From positions 1-53,739 of IMG/VR virus record IMGVR_UViG_3300048896_000074: DNA of 53,739 nt. One strand, 5' to 3'. The notes beneath the pieces are model-generated. The model saw nothing but the letters and a program-made list of their open reading frames with translations. It searched no databases and was not told the DNA's origin. This DNA is from a virus. Its lineage: Duplodnaviria > Caudoviricetes. The position numbers were made by a program, and so were the translations under genes. Of the stretch, positions 43,946 through 52,898 are shown piece by piece (the stretch's first letter is position 1; each line of letters starts with the position of its first letter).

Positions 43946-44794
43946 CTACGGCGCCACGTAGCCGCTGGCTTCGCAGATCACGTTCGCGCCGGTGGTCACG
44001 TTGGCGACGTAGAGTCCGGTCGCCGTGGTTGGCTGGCGATAGAGGACAGCGGCGTCAGTGTCACTCTCGCCACCGTAGACCGCCGCCGCCGTCAGGTTGC
44101 CGATGGCCGTCCCGCCCGAACCGTCCTGAACAGTGACGAAGGTTCCGACCGTGGCATGGGAGTTGCCGCAGGAGATGTGGGTGACGTAGTTGCGCAGGCC
44201 AGAAGCGGGAGCGGCCAGGAGTAGAGTGCTGGTCGTGGCGCCCATAGCGGCGGTGACGCCTTGGGTGTGGTTCTCGGGGATAGCGCCTACGACGACGACC
44301 TGCTCACCTCCCACAGTGCATTGATTGACGACCTTCTGGCCGTCGGTGACCGCTGTGGGCGTGGCCGTGGCCGCGCGGCAGCCATCGTTTAGCGGTATAT
44401 CGGTGTCGCTTGCGGCTTGAGCCGCAATACCCTGCATGTTGCCGGGACTCGCGATACCCGCAGCCATGTTCTTCAGGATGGCAACAACTGTGCCCGAGCC
44501 TGTCGTCCAGGCAGCGTCCGCTTCGGTGCCCAGCGTGACGTCGCAGCCGTCGCATTGCGTGACGGCGATTGAATTCAGGATGGTTTGAGTGCCCGCCGGC
44601 CCGGTGATGGTAACTGTGCCGCCCGATCCCGATCCACCGCAGCTTTCGACCGCGCCGGTCGTCTCGTTGACGCAGGCGACAACTGTGGGCGTTTTGTGCT
44701 GGCCGTAGTTGTCCGTGTAGAGCGGCACTTGCGCCGAGGCGGATGCCGCAAAGAACGCGGCGGCCGCAGCGAGCGCGATCATTCTGAGGTTCAT
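43946..44794 (-). CDS. secreted-type Thr/Ala/Gly-rich protein
   Basis: Signal peptide MNLRMIALAAAAAFFAASASA-Q; C-terminal AAP.SGLRNYVT...N...SGY.AP domain. Confidence 0.72.
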   Translation of the reverse strand: MNLRMIALAAAAAFFAASASAQVPLYTDNYGQHKTPTVVACVNETTGAVESCGGSGSGGTVTITGPAGTQTILNSIAVTQCDGCDVTLGTEADAAWTTGSGTVVAILKNMAAGIASPGNMQGIAAQAASDTDIPLNDGCRAATATPTAVTDGQKVVNQCTVGGEQVVVVGAIPENHTQGVTAAMGATTSTLLLAAPASGLRNYVTHISCGNSHATVGTFVTVQDGSGGTAIGNLTAAAVYGGESDTDAAVLYRQPTTATGLYVANVTTGANVICEASGYVAP

Positions 44795-44808
44795 CGCGAG
44801 CTCCAAGC

Positions 44809-45432
44809 TCAGGCTATGGAATAGAGTTTGAGGCCGGCGAGGAGCGCCTCGACGGTCGGGTTGATAATCGCGGCGCCGGAGCCGATAACCTGGCCCTGGC
44901 GGTTCTCCCAGAGGTCGCCCACCATCAGCTTGAGCGCCGCCAGGACATTGCGCGGGACGTTCGCGCCCTCGGGCGAGTTGCCGTCCGAGTAGCCGGCGCG
45001 GTAGCGGATCCGCATGTCCTCGGAGTCGGGCGCGGTGCTGGTGAAGTAGACGGCGCCGCGGCGAAGGCGGTAGTCGGCGGGATCGAGGGTCTGCTCGTTG
45101 CCGTCGGAGTCGTCGTAGGCGATCGAGACGAGCGAGATGATCGGCGGGAACTGGAGTTCGATGAAGCGTTCGCCGCGGGTCTCGACGGATAGTTCAAGCG
45201 TCTGCGGCCCGAGCGCGCGGCCGAGCCAGCCGGATGGGCCGTCGAGCATGGCCGTCGCCTCGGCGATCTTGTCCTCGACGTCTCCGCGTTCGAGCGCCGG
45301 GCTGTCGCCGACCTGTAGATCCAGCCGCAGCGCCACATCGAGTTGATCGGCGGTCAGCAGCGGCTCGGGCGGGACGATCACGGTCACGAGCGGGACGCGG
45401 CGCAGCGGATGGCGGTGGCCGCGGAAACTCAT
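44809..45432 (-). CDS. head-tail connector (HK97 gp6 / phiE125 gp8-like)
   Basis: DGP.GWLGRAL..QT, IRYRAGY, VP.....ALKLMVGDLWENR, VEALL. Confidence 0.9.
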   Translation of the reverse strand: MSFRGHRHPLRRVPLVTVIVPPEPLLTADQLDVALRLDLQVGDSPALERGDVEDKIAEATAMLDGPSGWLGRALGPQTLELSVETRGERFIELQFPPIISLVSIAYDDSDGNEQTLDPADYRLRRGAVYFTSTAPDSEDMRIRYRAGYSDGNSPEGANVPRNVLAALKLMVGDLWENRQGQVIGSGAAIINPTVEALLAGLKLYSIA

Positions 45433-46256
45433 TTAGCCCTCGTCAGGTCGCGCCCAGGACGCCCAGGCGCGCCGTCCGCGCCCGGCGAGCCGTCCTTACC
45501 GTCACGGCCGCGCTTTGCCATGAGCGACCACGCCTTCGAGCCCTCGCCCGGCTTCTCGGCCGTGTCAGCATTGCAGTGCCAGAGGCTTCCGCCCCAGGTG
45601 ACGGTATCGCCCCACTGGTACGCCTCGCCGTCTTTGTAGACGCCCTGATAGATCATCATCGCCGTCTTGAGCTCGGAGACGTGGAGGACGTCGCCGCGGC
45701 CAAGGCAGTACTCGATCGTGCGGCCGCCGTCGGCCGAGCGGACGAAGAAGTCGTTTAGGTCGAGGCCGTTCTGGCCGGCGATCCCGTCAGCGCCGTCCAC
45801 GCCGTCCTTCCCATCCTTGCCGTCTCTGCCGTCGGCGCCCGGGACGCCGGGCAAGCCGTCGCGCCCGTCTCGGCCTGGCGGACCTTCGGCGCCGGCCGGG
45901 CCCATGTCGCCTTGCGCGCCTTCCGGTCCAGCCTCTCCGTCAGATCCGGTCGGGCCGCACATGCCCATCGTGCCATCGGCGCCCGCCGGGCCCATGTCGC
46001 CCGGCGGGCCCTGCGGACCAATCTCGCCCTGCGGCCCTTGCGGACCCGTCTCTCCGTCGGCGCCGTCCTCTCCGTCCTTGCCTGGGTCGCCCTGCAACCC
46101 CTCCGGACCCATCGGACCTTCGGGACCAGGGTCGCCAGGGACCGGCGCCTTCGCCTCTAGCGCGGCCACGCGGGCGAGGATCGGCGAGAGCGAGCGCTCG
46201 ACGTATCCCTTGACCGCCTCGAAGACGCCGTCCGTCAGCTTGGCGAGGTCAAGCAT
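45429..46256 (-). CDS. collagen-like (Gly-X-Y) portal-adjacent protein
   Basis: 42 consecutive GXY triplets, then YQGVY..G..Y..GDTVTWGGSLWHC...KPG....W.L..KRGRDG. Confidence 0.88.
   Translation of the reverse strand: MLDLAKLTDGVFEAVKGYVERSLSPILARVAALEAKAPVPGDPGPEGPMGPEGLQGDPGKDGEDGADGETGPQGPQGEIGPQGPPGDMGPAGADGTMGMCGPTGSDGEAGPEGAQGDMGPAGAEGPPGRDGRDGLPGVPGADGRDGKDGKDGVDGADGIAGQNGLDLNDFFVRSADGGRTIEYCLGRGDVLHVSELKTAMMIYQGVYKDGEAYQWGDTVTWGGSLWHCNADTAEKPGEGSKAWSLMAKRGRDGKDGSPGADGAPGRPGRDLTRAK
45759..46136 (-). repeat. Gly-X-Y collagen repeat tract
   Basis: GDP GPE GPM ... GQN GLD, uninterrupted. Confidence 0.9.
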
Positions 46257-47662
46257 GCGGCAGGCTCCTGCATGAACTTGGCCTGTAGGCCGACGAGGGC
46301 GGCGGCGGCCGTGGTGGTATCGTTCGCGGCCGGCGGCGGCTCTGCGGCGGGCGCCGGGAGCGCTGGGGCGGCGGGCGTCGAGTGGGCGAACGGGTCGTCC
46401 TGGGCATCGCGCTTGGCGAGCGCCTCAAGCGAGAAGTTCTGCTGCTGCGAAAGGACCGCATCACCGCCCTCGACCGGCGGCAGGTTCATCCGCTTGCGCG
46501 CCTCGTTGGACGAGTAGACGCCCTTAAGGCCGTCGGTCAGCATCTTGACGAGGCTGGCGCTGTCCATGCGCAGCAGGTCGTCGAGGTCGAACTCGGTCCC
46601 GTAGGGGTTGCCGAACTGCGAGCCGAGGCCGAGGCCCTCGTCGAGGCCCGCCTCCATACTCTCGATGTGGATCTGCAGGCACTGCGAATAGTACTGCGAC
46701 AGCAGGGACTCGACGTTGTTGTTCAGCGGCGCCGGGCCGACGCCGACCATGTAGGCCGGGACACCGAAGGCGGTGCAAATCTGCTCGCTCGTCCACTTCA
46801 GTTGATTGATAAGCTCCGAGTCGACGGCGGACGTCGCCATCGCTTCGAACTTGAGGCCGTCGCCCAGGACCGCCACGCGGCCGGCGTTCTCGCCAGTGTA
46901 GTTCTGCTCCCAATGCTCCTTCAGCCGCGTGGCAACCTCTTCGGAGATACGCGCCGGCGCCGTCAGCACGCCGCCCGGGCGCGCGCCGTTGCGGAAGAAG
47001 CTGGTCGAGTTGCGCTGAATCTCTATGCCCTGCAGCGCCGCCAGCCCGCAGGCGTAGATCGGCGAGACGCCGACGAGCGGATGGAAGATCGTATTCATCC
47101 GGTCGTGGATGATCTCGCTCGCCGGCACGACCTCGGCCTGGCCGATCTGCGAGAGGTAGTCGCTCGATAGCGAGTAGTAGACGTCGCCGCTGGGCGCGAT
47201 CATCGGCCGGACGCGCAGCGGGTTGAGGACATACATCGCGACGACGACGTTGCGGTTGTCGCGCTCCTTCAGGACGTAGGTGTTGCCGTGCAAGAGTTTC
47301 GAGGTCATCCACTCGGCGACGAACTGGATGCGGTTCTGGTAGTGGTTCGGCTTGCGCAGGACCGGCGAGAAGGCCGCGGCGAACGTCTCGGTCCAGATCC
47401 CGTTCGAGTCCTCGGCCATCAGCCGCACGCACATCTTCGCCATGTCCGAGGCGATCAGCGAGACGCAGCGGAACAGCGTCGCGTTGGAGAGCGCGGTGTC
47501 GACGCGGACCTCCTCGTTGCGCTGCCAAGCGCCGGCGAAGGGTTCGCGGATGATCGGATACCAGCCGCCGCCCAGGCCGCCGCTGCCCCAGCCCGACGCC
47601 GACGACAGGCCCTCGGGCGGCGCGGCCTTGCTACGGGTGATCTCGAGGCCGAACAGGCGCAA
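46235..47662 (-). CDS. portal protein, HK97 family
   Basis: CV.LIA.D.AK, KPN.YQ, LL.GN.Y, G.SP, FF.NGA.PGG.L, IC.AFGVP. Confidence 0.95.
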   Translation of the reverse strand: MRLFGLEITRSKAAPPEGLSSASGWGSGGLGGGWYPIIREPFAGAWQRNEEVRVDTALSNATLFRCVSLIASDMAKMCVRLMAEDSNGIWTETFAAAFSPVLRKPNHYQNRIQFVAEWMTSKLLHGNTYVLKERDNRNVVVAMYVLNPLRVRPMIAPSGDVYYSLSSDYLSQIGQAEVVPASEIIHDRMNTIFHPLVGVSPIYACGLAALQGIEIQRNSTSFFRNGARPGGVLTAPARISEEVATRLKEHWEQNYTGENAGRVAVLGDGLKFEAMATSAVDSELINQLKWTSEQICTAFGVPAYMVGVGPAPLNNNVESLLSQYYSQCLQIHIESMEAGLDEGLGLGSQFGNPYGTEFDLDDLLRMDSASLVKMLTDGLKGVYSSNEARKRMNLPPVEGGDAVLSQQQNFSLEALAKRDAQDDPFAHSTPAAPALPAPAAEPPPAANDTTTAAAALVGLQAKFMQEPAACLTSPS

Positions 47663-47666
47663 TCGC

Positions 47667-47966
47667 CTAGTCCTCGGCGGTCAGGTGGCGTGTGGGGTAT
47701 TGGCGCGGGTCGCCGGGCCGGGGCGTTTCCAGGGCGTTTTCCGGGGCGTTTGGTCCGGCGCGCGCGGCGCGGGGTCTGGTCGCGGCGACAACGGCGGCGG
47801 CCGGCGGCGCGGCTCTGATCGCGCGCGTGTGGTAGTCGGCCCGCTTGGTGAGCTTCAGGATCTTCGCGTCGTTCGGGTGCGCCAGGAACGTCTCGCCCTT
47901 GGCGTAGCGCTTGCGGTCATATGGCTGATCGTCGTGGAGCGAGATCATCGGGACGGTCTTGACCAT
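47667..47966 (-). CDS. hypothetical protein following the major capsid gene
   Basis: Y.....KGE.F.....A.IL; AAAGGG RBS. Confidence 0.65.
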   Translation of the reverse strand: MVKTVPMISLHDDQPYDRKRYAKGETFLAHPNDAKILKLTKRADYHTRAIRAAPPAAAVVAATRPRAARAGPNAPENALETPRPGDPRQYPTRHLTAED

Positions 47967-47992
47967 CGGCTACCCTTTCAAAACTGCGGGAA

Positions 47993-48018
47993 GGGGCGAC
48001 CCCGCGAGGAGCCGCCCC
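47993..48018 (-). terminator. GC-rich hairpin after the major capsid gene
   Basis: GGGGCGGCTCC-TCGC-GGGGTCGCCCC stem (with G-U pairs); weak U tail. Confidence 0.45.
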
Positions 48019-48035
48019 AACCGTACCCGTAAGGC

Positions 48036-49433
48036 TTAACGATAGTTCGCGTACGAGATGAAGCCGACCGAGGTCGAGCGGCGCTTCACCCAGTTGATCT
48101 CCTTCTCGGCCCGGATCCCGATCATGTTCTGCTGCCACAGCGACAGCAGGTTGGTCGAGCCGGTCGTCGGGGAGTCCGGCGAGGAGTCCATCTGCAGCGA
48201 CGCCTCGCGGCTGGCGTCGACCGTGACTTGGCCGTCATCCGCCAGCAGCACGTCGCGCTGCTTGAGGAGGATGAGCGGATAGCCGTCGGTCGGCGAGCCG
48301 CCGGTGCCGGGCAGGTTCTCGGACGCGATCACCGGCAGACCTTCCAGCGTGCCGCCGTTCACGTTCACGGTCGGGTAGAGAGGCTGACCGAGAGAGTTCA
48401 GCATCATGCCGATCGAGAGCGACTGCTGCTGCGTCATGATCCATGCACCGTCGGACAGACCGAGGTTGTTGACCAGGAACTGCTGCATCAGGGTGATGAT
48501 GTCGTGCCGGAACGCGTCGGCATCCGTACCCGTCGCCGCGACCGGGGTCACGTTGTAGGTGATGGACGCTGGCGAGGAGCCGTCCGACGCCTTGGTCGGG
48601 TCGACGAACTGAGAGTCCTCGTACTGGATGATCGCCGCGGCCAAGTCGTCGCGAACGAGCATTTCGGCAGACGGCGCCGAGTGACGAGCGAGCTCGTCGG
48701 TCAGCACCACGATGCCGGCGATCTTGGCGATATCCAACGTCACCGAATCGAACGCAAGCTTCGAGACCGGCTTGGCTTGGCCTTCACCGACCCACCCGAC
48801 CGTAGCGGCCGCCGTCTGGCGAGGCACCTTGATCTTGAACGGGACGTTGCGGAGGTTGAGCCGCCCGATGATCGTGAGCGGGCGCAGGTACTCGATGAAC
48901 TCCGAGACGAGGTTCTGGTATTGCACCAGCGGGCCCGCCCAGGTCGAGTCGGTGGTCGTGCCGGCCGCGACCGCCGCCCGGAGAACCGCCTCAACGTCCG
49001 GGGTCTCGGCGAGCCACTGCTCGTTGTTCTTCGCGATGCTGTGCGCCTGCATCAGGTTGCCCTTGGAGCGGGCGACGGCCATCACGAAGCGGGTAAAGCC
49101 GATGCCCTTGGGGACCGGCCGCCCGTTCATAACCTGAACACGCGGGGTATCGCGCGAAACGCTCGCGTGCCCGCGCTGCTCCTGGCCTTCGTCCGCGGTG
49201 CGGGCGTCAACCAGGCGCGAGGTCGAGACGTTCAATCGTTCCATCGACTTGAGGCGGCGGATCTGGCCGTCGATGGCGTCGATGTCCCGCTCGAGGGTGT
49301 CGTAGTCTTCCTGCGCAGCGCCATCGAGGGTTTCGCCGGCCTCGGCCGACTTGTCCATGATGGCCTGCATCGCGGCGACGGTAGAGGCGCGCTTGGCCTC
49401 GTATGCCGCGATCTGTTCGGCGATCGGTTTCAT
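48036..49433 (-). CDS. major capsid protein, HK97 fold
   Basis: N-terminal coiled-coil delta domain; VPRQT, WVGEG..KP, K.A.IV.L..EL, SLWQ.N...IRAE..INW. Confidence 0.95.
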   Translation of the reverse strand: MKPIAEQIAAYEAKRASTVAAMQAIMDKSAEAGETLDGAAQEDYDTLERDIDAIDGQIRRLKSMERLNVSTSRLVDARTADEGQEQRGHASVSRDTPRVQVMNGRPVPKGIGFTRFVMAVARSKGNLMQAHSIAKNNEQWLAETPDVEAVLRAAVAAGTTTDSTWAGPLVQYQNLVSEFIEYLRPLTIIGRLNLRNVPFKIKVPRQTAAATVGWVGEGQAKPVSKLAFDSVTLDIAKIAGIVVLTDELARHSAPSAEMLVRDDLAAAIIQYEDSQFVDPTKASDGSSPASITYNVTPVAATGTDADAFRHDIITLMQQFLVNNLGLSDGAWIMTQQQSLSIGMMLNSLGQPLYPTVNVNGGTLEGLPVIASENLPGTGGSPTDGYPLILLKQRDVLLADDGQVTVDASREASLQMDSSPDSPTTGSTNLLSLWQQNMIGIRAEKEINWVKRRSTSVGFISYANYR

Positions 49434-49466
49434 ATCTCGGGTGTCCTTTGGTTGGATCGCGACGGC

Positions 49467-50165
49467 CTAGCCGTGGTTGATCCGGTTGATGACGAAGGGC
49501 GCCCGAGCGCGGGCTGGGGTCTGGAGCTTGACGACGTGCGCCTTGCTCCGGTCGTCGGCGTCGGCGTCCTGGCCTGGCGCGGCCCCGTCGTCGCTTTCAG
49601 CTTTCGATATCAGGCCGGTCAGGAGCGCGGCGGCTCCGTCCAGCAGTGCGACCGCACGCTCAGTGGCGAGTTGATTCTCGCGCTCGGCGAGGGTCGCGTG
49701 GTCGATGGAGCGGATGACGTTGATGGTCGCGTCGGCGTTCGCCGGGATCGTGACCGCGGAGAGCTCGAGCCACTCCCAGGAATTGAAGCGGATGCCGCCG
49801 TTGTCCATGAACGAATATTCGAGCTCGCGGAAGCCGATGGAGACCGCGCGCACCAGCTTGTTCGAGATCGAGTCCCAGGCCATCTGCAGCCGGTCTTTGA
49901 GCGTCGGCGACTCGACTGCATCGGGCGAGAGGATCTGCGCCTTGAATGGGATGCCGTCCTTCGTCGGCTTGGCGAACGTCACCTGGCCGATGGGTTGGCG
50001 GCTATCGTGCTGCCAGAGCAGTGGCATCGGGATCGAGAACTTCGCGCCCATCGGCTCGACGATATCGCCCATGCGGTCGGGCGTCGGCGTCGAGGCGATT
50101 CCCTCGATCGTGCGCTCGGTCGCGTTCATCGAACGCACGTCGAGCACGGCATAAGCACGGTGCAT
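49467..50165 (-). CDS. prohead protease, HK97 family
   Basis: GIAST...DR.GDIVEP.G, LLWQHD..PIG, SIGF, ELSAVTIPAN.DA. Confidence 0.95.
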   Translation of the reverse strand: MHRAYAVLDVRSMNATERTIEGIASTPTPDRMGDIVEPMGAKFSIPMPLLWQHDSRQPIGQVTFAKPTKDGIPFKAQILSPDAVESPTLKDRLQMAWDSISNKLVRAVSIGFRELEYSFMDNGGIRFNSWEWLELSAVTIPANADATINVIRSIDHATLAERENQLATERAVALLDGAAALLTGLISKAESDDGAAPGQDADADDRSKAHVVKLQTPARARAPFVINRINHG

Positions 50166-50185
50166 GTCGGTGTCTCCTGCCGTCG

Positions 50186-52018
50186 CTAGGCGACGAAGAA
50201 AATCTGGAACTCGCGGCCGCCCTCGCCGTTGAACCGCGCCGTCGCGGCGCCCAGCGCCATCGCCCCGGCGACGACGCCGTCGATGCGGCCTGTAGCACGC
50301 CTTTTGTCGAACACCCTATTCCCGGTGCCGGCGGGATCGTCGCGCACGACCGCGGAGGCGACGTTCCAGCGCATGACTGGATTGACCGCGACGTGGAGCT
50401 TGCCCTCGATCATCAGGTTCTCGAACGCCTCGAGGCTGCTCGGCATCCAGAGCGGGTTCGCCAGCGGCTTGTTCTTCTCGTCGAGCATCCCCAGGCGCGT
50501 CGCGACGTCCTCGTCGAGCGTGCCGGCGCGGCGGAAGCCTTGCGGATGCTCGATCATCGGCGGCTCGATGCCCAGGTCAGCGAGGTCCGCGTCGAGGTCT
50601 TTGTGCCGATATCGGTCGTAAGCCAGGAGGCGGACGTCGCAGAAGTCCATGAGTTCGCCGATGCGGGCGCCGATCATGGCCGTCTTGATGATCTTTCCGG
50701 GCGGCGCGTTGATGTGCCCATCCTCGACCCATTTGCGAAGGTGGGGCAGATGGTCGCGGGACTCGCGCTCGGCCAGGGTATCGCCCGGCGTCCAGAACTC
50801 GGTGATCAGGTCCACCGTCCCGTCCTCGTTCGGGAAGGCGATCCCCAGCGCCGTTAGGTCGCGGGCGAAGGATAGGTCGAGGCCGAGGTAGCACTCGCGG
50901 CCCTTGTACTGCTTGACCGCGATCAGGCGCTCGGCGCCCTTCCAGATGTCCGGCCGGATCCAAGTCTGAGCCGCGTCGGTCCATTCGCAGAAGTGGAGGC
51001 GCCGGACGAGCGCCTCTTTCGACGGCATGCCCTGCGCTTCGCGGACCTGGTCGCGGATGAACGGCTTCTGGATCGACACGCCTAGGTTCGGGTTCGCCTT
51101 GATCCAGCAATCCTCGTCGGCGAACGGGTCGTCGTTCTCGTCGAGCGAGCAGATGAAGCCGAACCAGGCGTCGTTCTCGTCGCCGCCTTCGAGCACCTTG
51201 ACGGTGTAGTCGTGCTCGGCTCGGCAGACCGAGGTCCGGTCGAAGCCGGAGTTCGTGATTTCGAAGATCAGCGCCTGCTGGTTGCCCTTCGTGCCGGCGC
51301 GCAGCATTTCGATGACGCTGTTGTCGGAGTGCTCGTGCACTTCGTCGACCAGGGCGCAGTATGGCCGGATGCCCGACTTGCCCTTCTTCTCCGAGCTGAT
51401 CGGCTTGAAGAACGACATCTTGCGGATGTCCGTGAGTTGCCAGACCGGGTTCTGCCCGGACGAGACCAGCCGCGACTTGAGCGCCGGCGAGCGCTCCCAC
51501 ATCGCCACGGCGTCGCGGAACAGGATCGCGGCTTGGTCCTTATCCGTCGCCGCGGAGTAGATCTCGGCCCGCAGCTTGCCGGTCGCCGAGAGCATGTAGT
51601 GCCCGATGCCGGCGGCCATCGGGCTTTTACCGTTGCCCTTGGCCACTTCGATGTAGGCCCGGCGGAAGCGGCGGAAGCCGTCGGCGTTGAACCAGCCGAA
51701 CAGGCTGCCGATGATGAAACACTGCCAGGGCTCGAGGACGAACGGCACCGCGAGCGACTCGCCGTCCGAGGTTTCGATCTCGACGGTCAGGACGTCGGTG
51801 AAGAAGCCGATCGCCCGTATGGCGGCTATCGGATCCCAGCGCAGGCCCTTCGTCCGACGCAGGCCCAGGTCGACGATGTGCCGGCGGCACGCAGCGCGGA
51901 CATAGGGCCCGGCGACGATCTTTCCGGCCTCGACGTCGAGCGCGTACTGCGTCGCCGGGTCGTCAGCCGAAATACTTGGCGGCGGGGTCCGTTTCTTCGA
52001 TGGGCGCGGTGGCTTCAA
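50186..52018 (-). CDS. terL: terminase large subunit
   Basis: LEPWQ.F, RRFR, AKGNGKS, DEVHEH, KANPNLG, GLDLS, RIDG.VA. Confidence 0.96.
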   Translation of the reverse strand: MKPPRPSKKRTPPPSISADDPATQYALDVEAGKIVAGPYVRAACRRHIVDLGLRRTKGLRWDPIAAIRAIGFFTDVLTVEIETSDGESLAVPFVLEPWQCFIIGSLFGWFNADGFRRFRRAYIEVAKGNGKSPMAAGIGHYMLSATGKLRAEIYSAATDKDQAAILFRDAVAMWERSPALKSRLVSSGQNPVWQLTDIRKMSFFKPISSEKKGKSGIRPYCALVDEVHEHSDNSVIEMLRAGTKGNQQALIFEITNSGFDRTSVCRAEHDYTVKVLEGGDENDAWFGFICSLDENDDPFADEDCWIKANPNLGVSIQKPFIRDQVREAQGMPSKEALVRRLHFCEWTDAAQTWIRPDIWKGAERLIAVKQYKGRECYLGLDLSFARDLTALGIAFPNEDGTVDLITEFWTPGDTLAERESRDHLPHLRKWVEDGHINAPPGKIIKTAMIGARIGELMDFCDVRLLAYDRYRHKDLDADLADLGIEPPMIEHPQGFRRAGTLDEDVATRLGMLDEKNKPLANPLWMPSSLEAFENLMIEGKLHVAVNPVMRWNVASAVVRDDPAGTGNRVFDKRRATGRIDGVVAGAMALGAATARFNGEGGREFQIFFVA

Positions 52019-52463
52019 TTCGGCTCCTCGCGCTCGGCGTCATGCCGAACTCGATGCAGTAGCGGACCATATCGGCCATCGCCTTGTTCGCAATGCCGAC
52101 GATGGGGTTCTGGATCGCGTTGCCGTTGCTCGTCTTGATCAGCAGCCCGCCGGTTAGCGGGTCGTTCTTCGCCATCTCGGCCAGCGCGCGCTCGGCCTGT
52201 TGCCAGCGCCCGACGGCCTGGCAGTAGGCGGCTAGCGCGATGCGGTCGACGCCCTTGAGCAGGCCGACGGAGTAGAGCTCGTCGCAGATCAGCGTCCACT
52301 CGGCGCGGGCGTCGGCGGTTAGTTCGGGCGGCGGTTGCGGGAGGCGGGCCCTTATGGACGCTTCCAGCGCAACTGCTCGCGTGATCGCGCGCTTTCCCGG
52401 GTTGCCAGTCACGACCCGCAGATGAGTTGGCTTCGGCCGCCGGCCGCTGTTCTTGTTGCCCAT
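51963..52463 (-). CDS. terS: terminase small subunit, P27 family
   Basis: GRRPKPT......GNPGKR, LAAYC, NP...A, EFGMTPSARSRI. Confidence 0.95.
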   Translation of the reverse strand: MGNKNSGRRPKPTHLRVVTGNPGKRAITRAVALEASIRARLPQPPPELTADARAEWTLICDELYSVGLLKGVDRIALAAYCQAVGRWQQAERALAEMAKNDPLTGGLLIKTSNGNAIQNPIVGIANKAMADMVRYCIEFGMTPSARSRIEATAPIEETDPAAKYFG

Positions 52464-52553
52464 CCTTATAGCGTCGCCGCGTTAAAACATGTTGCCATCT
52501 GTTGCGGTTCACTCTTGGATAATTTGCATCCGTCAAACGCCTGGAGGCAGAAC

Positions 52554-52898
52554 GTGAAGCGCAATTGGACCGATAACGACACGAAAAACGACCTCGAAGT
52601 GATCTTCGGCGAGGCGCCGCACCTGAGCGCGGTCGAGGCCCTCAACTTCCTAGAGACCGTCCGAGGTCTCGCCGAGCGGCTTTATCGCTCCTACGAAGCG
52701 CGCTGCAATCGGTCTTTTACCGGCAGCGACTGCGACCGAGAAGCGAATATCGAGAAGGCGATCAAGGCCCACTTCGACCGCGCTCGCCTCGGCCTCTATC
52801 TCAACGGCGATCCGCGCGGCAATCCGGTAGGGATCCTGACGCCGAAGACCGGCAAATATAACACGATGGGCGGTGCCGAGGCCGGATGGCGGCTATGA
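52554..52898 (+). CDS. hypothetical protein (antisense moron)
   Basis: GGAGG RBS before GTG 52554; E..CN, NGDPRG motif; AT-rich upstream region. Confidence 0.65.
   Translation: MKRNWTDNDTKNDLEVIFGEAPHLSAVEALNFLETVRGLAERLYRSYEARCNRSFTGSDCDREANIEKAIKAHFDRARLGLYLNGDPRGNPVGILTPKTGKYNTMGGAEAGWRL

Noticed and set aside
45759-46136. Repetitive DNA considered as a CRISPR array or DGR repeat
   Set aside because: 9-nt periodicity is fully explained by Gly-X-Y coding; no repeat-spacer structure and no reverse transcriptase in the window
48228-50189. 653-aa plus-strand ORF, and similar long antisense ORFs such as 26206-27771 and 34861-35898
   Set aside because: They are shadows of strongly GC3-biased minus-strand genes (capsid, protease, tail hub, GT); no motifs or RBS
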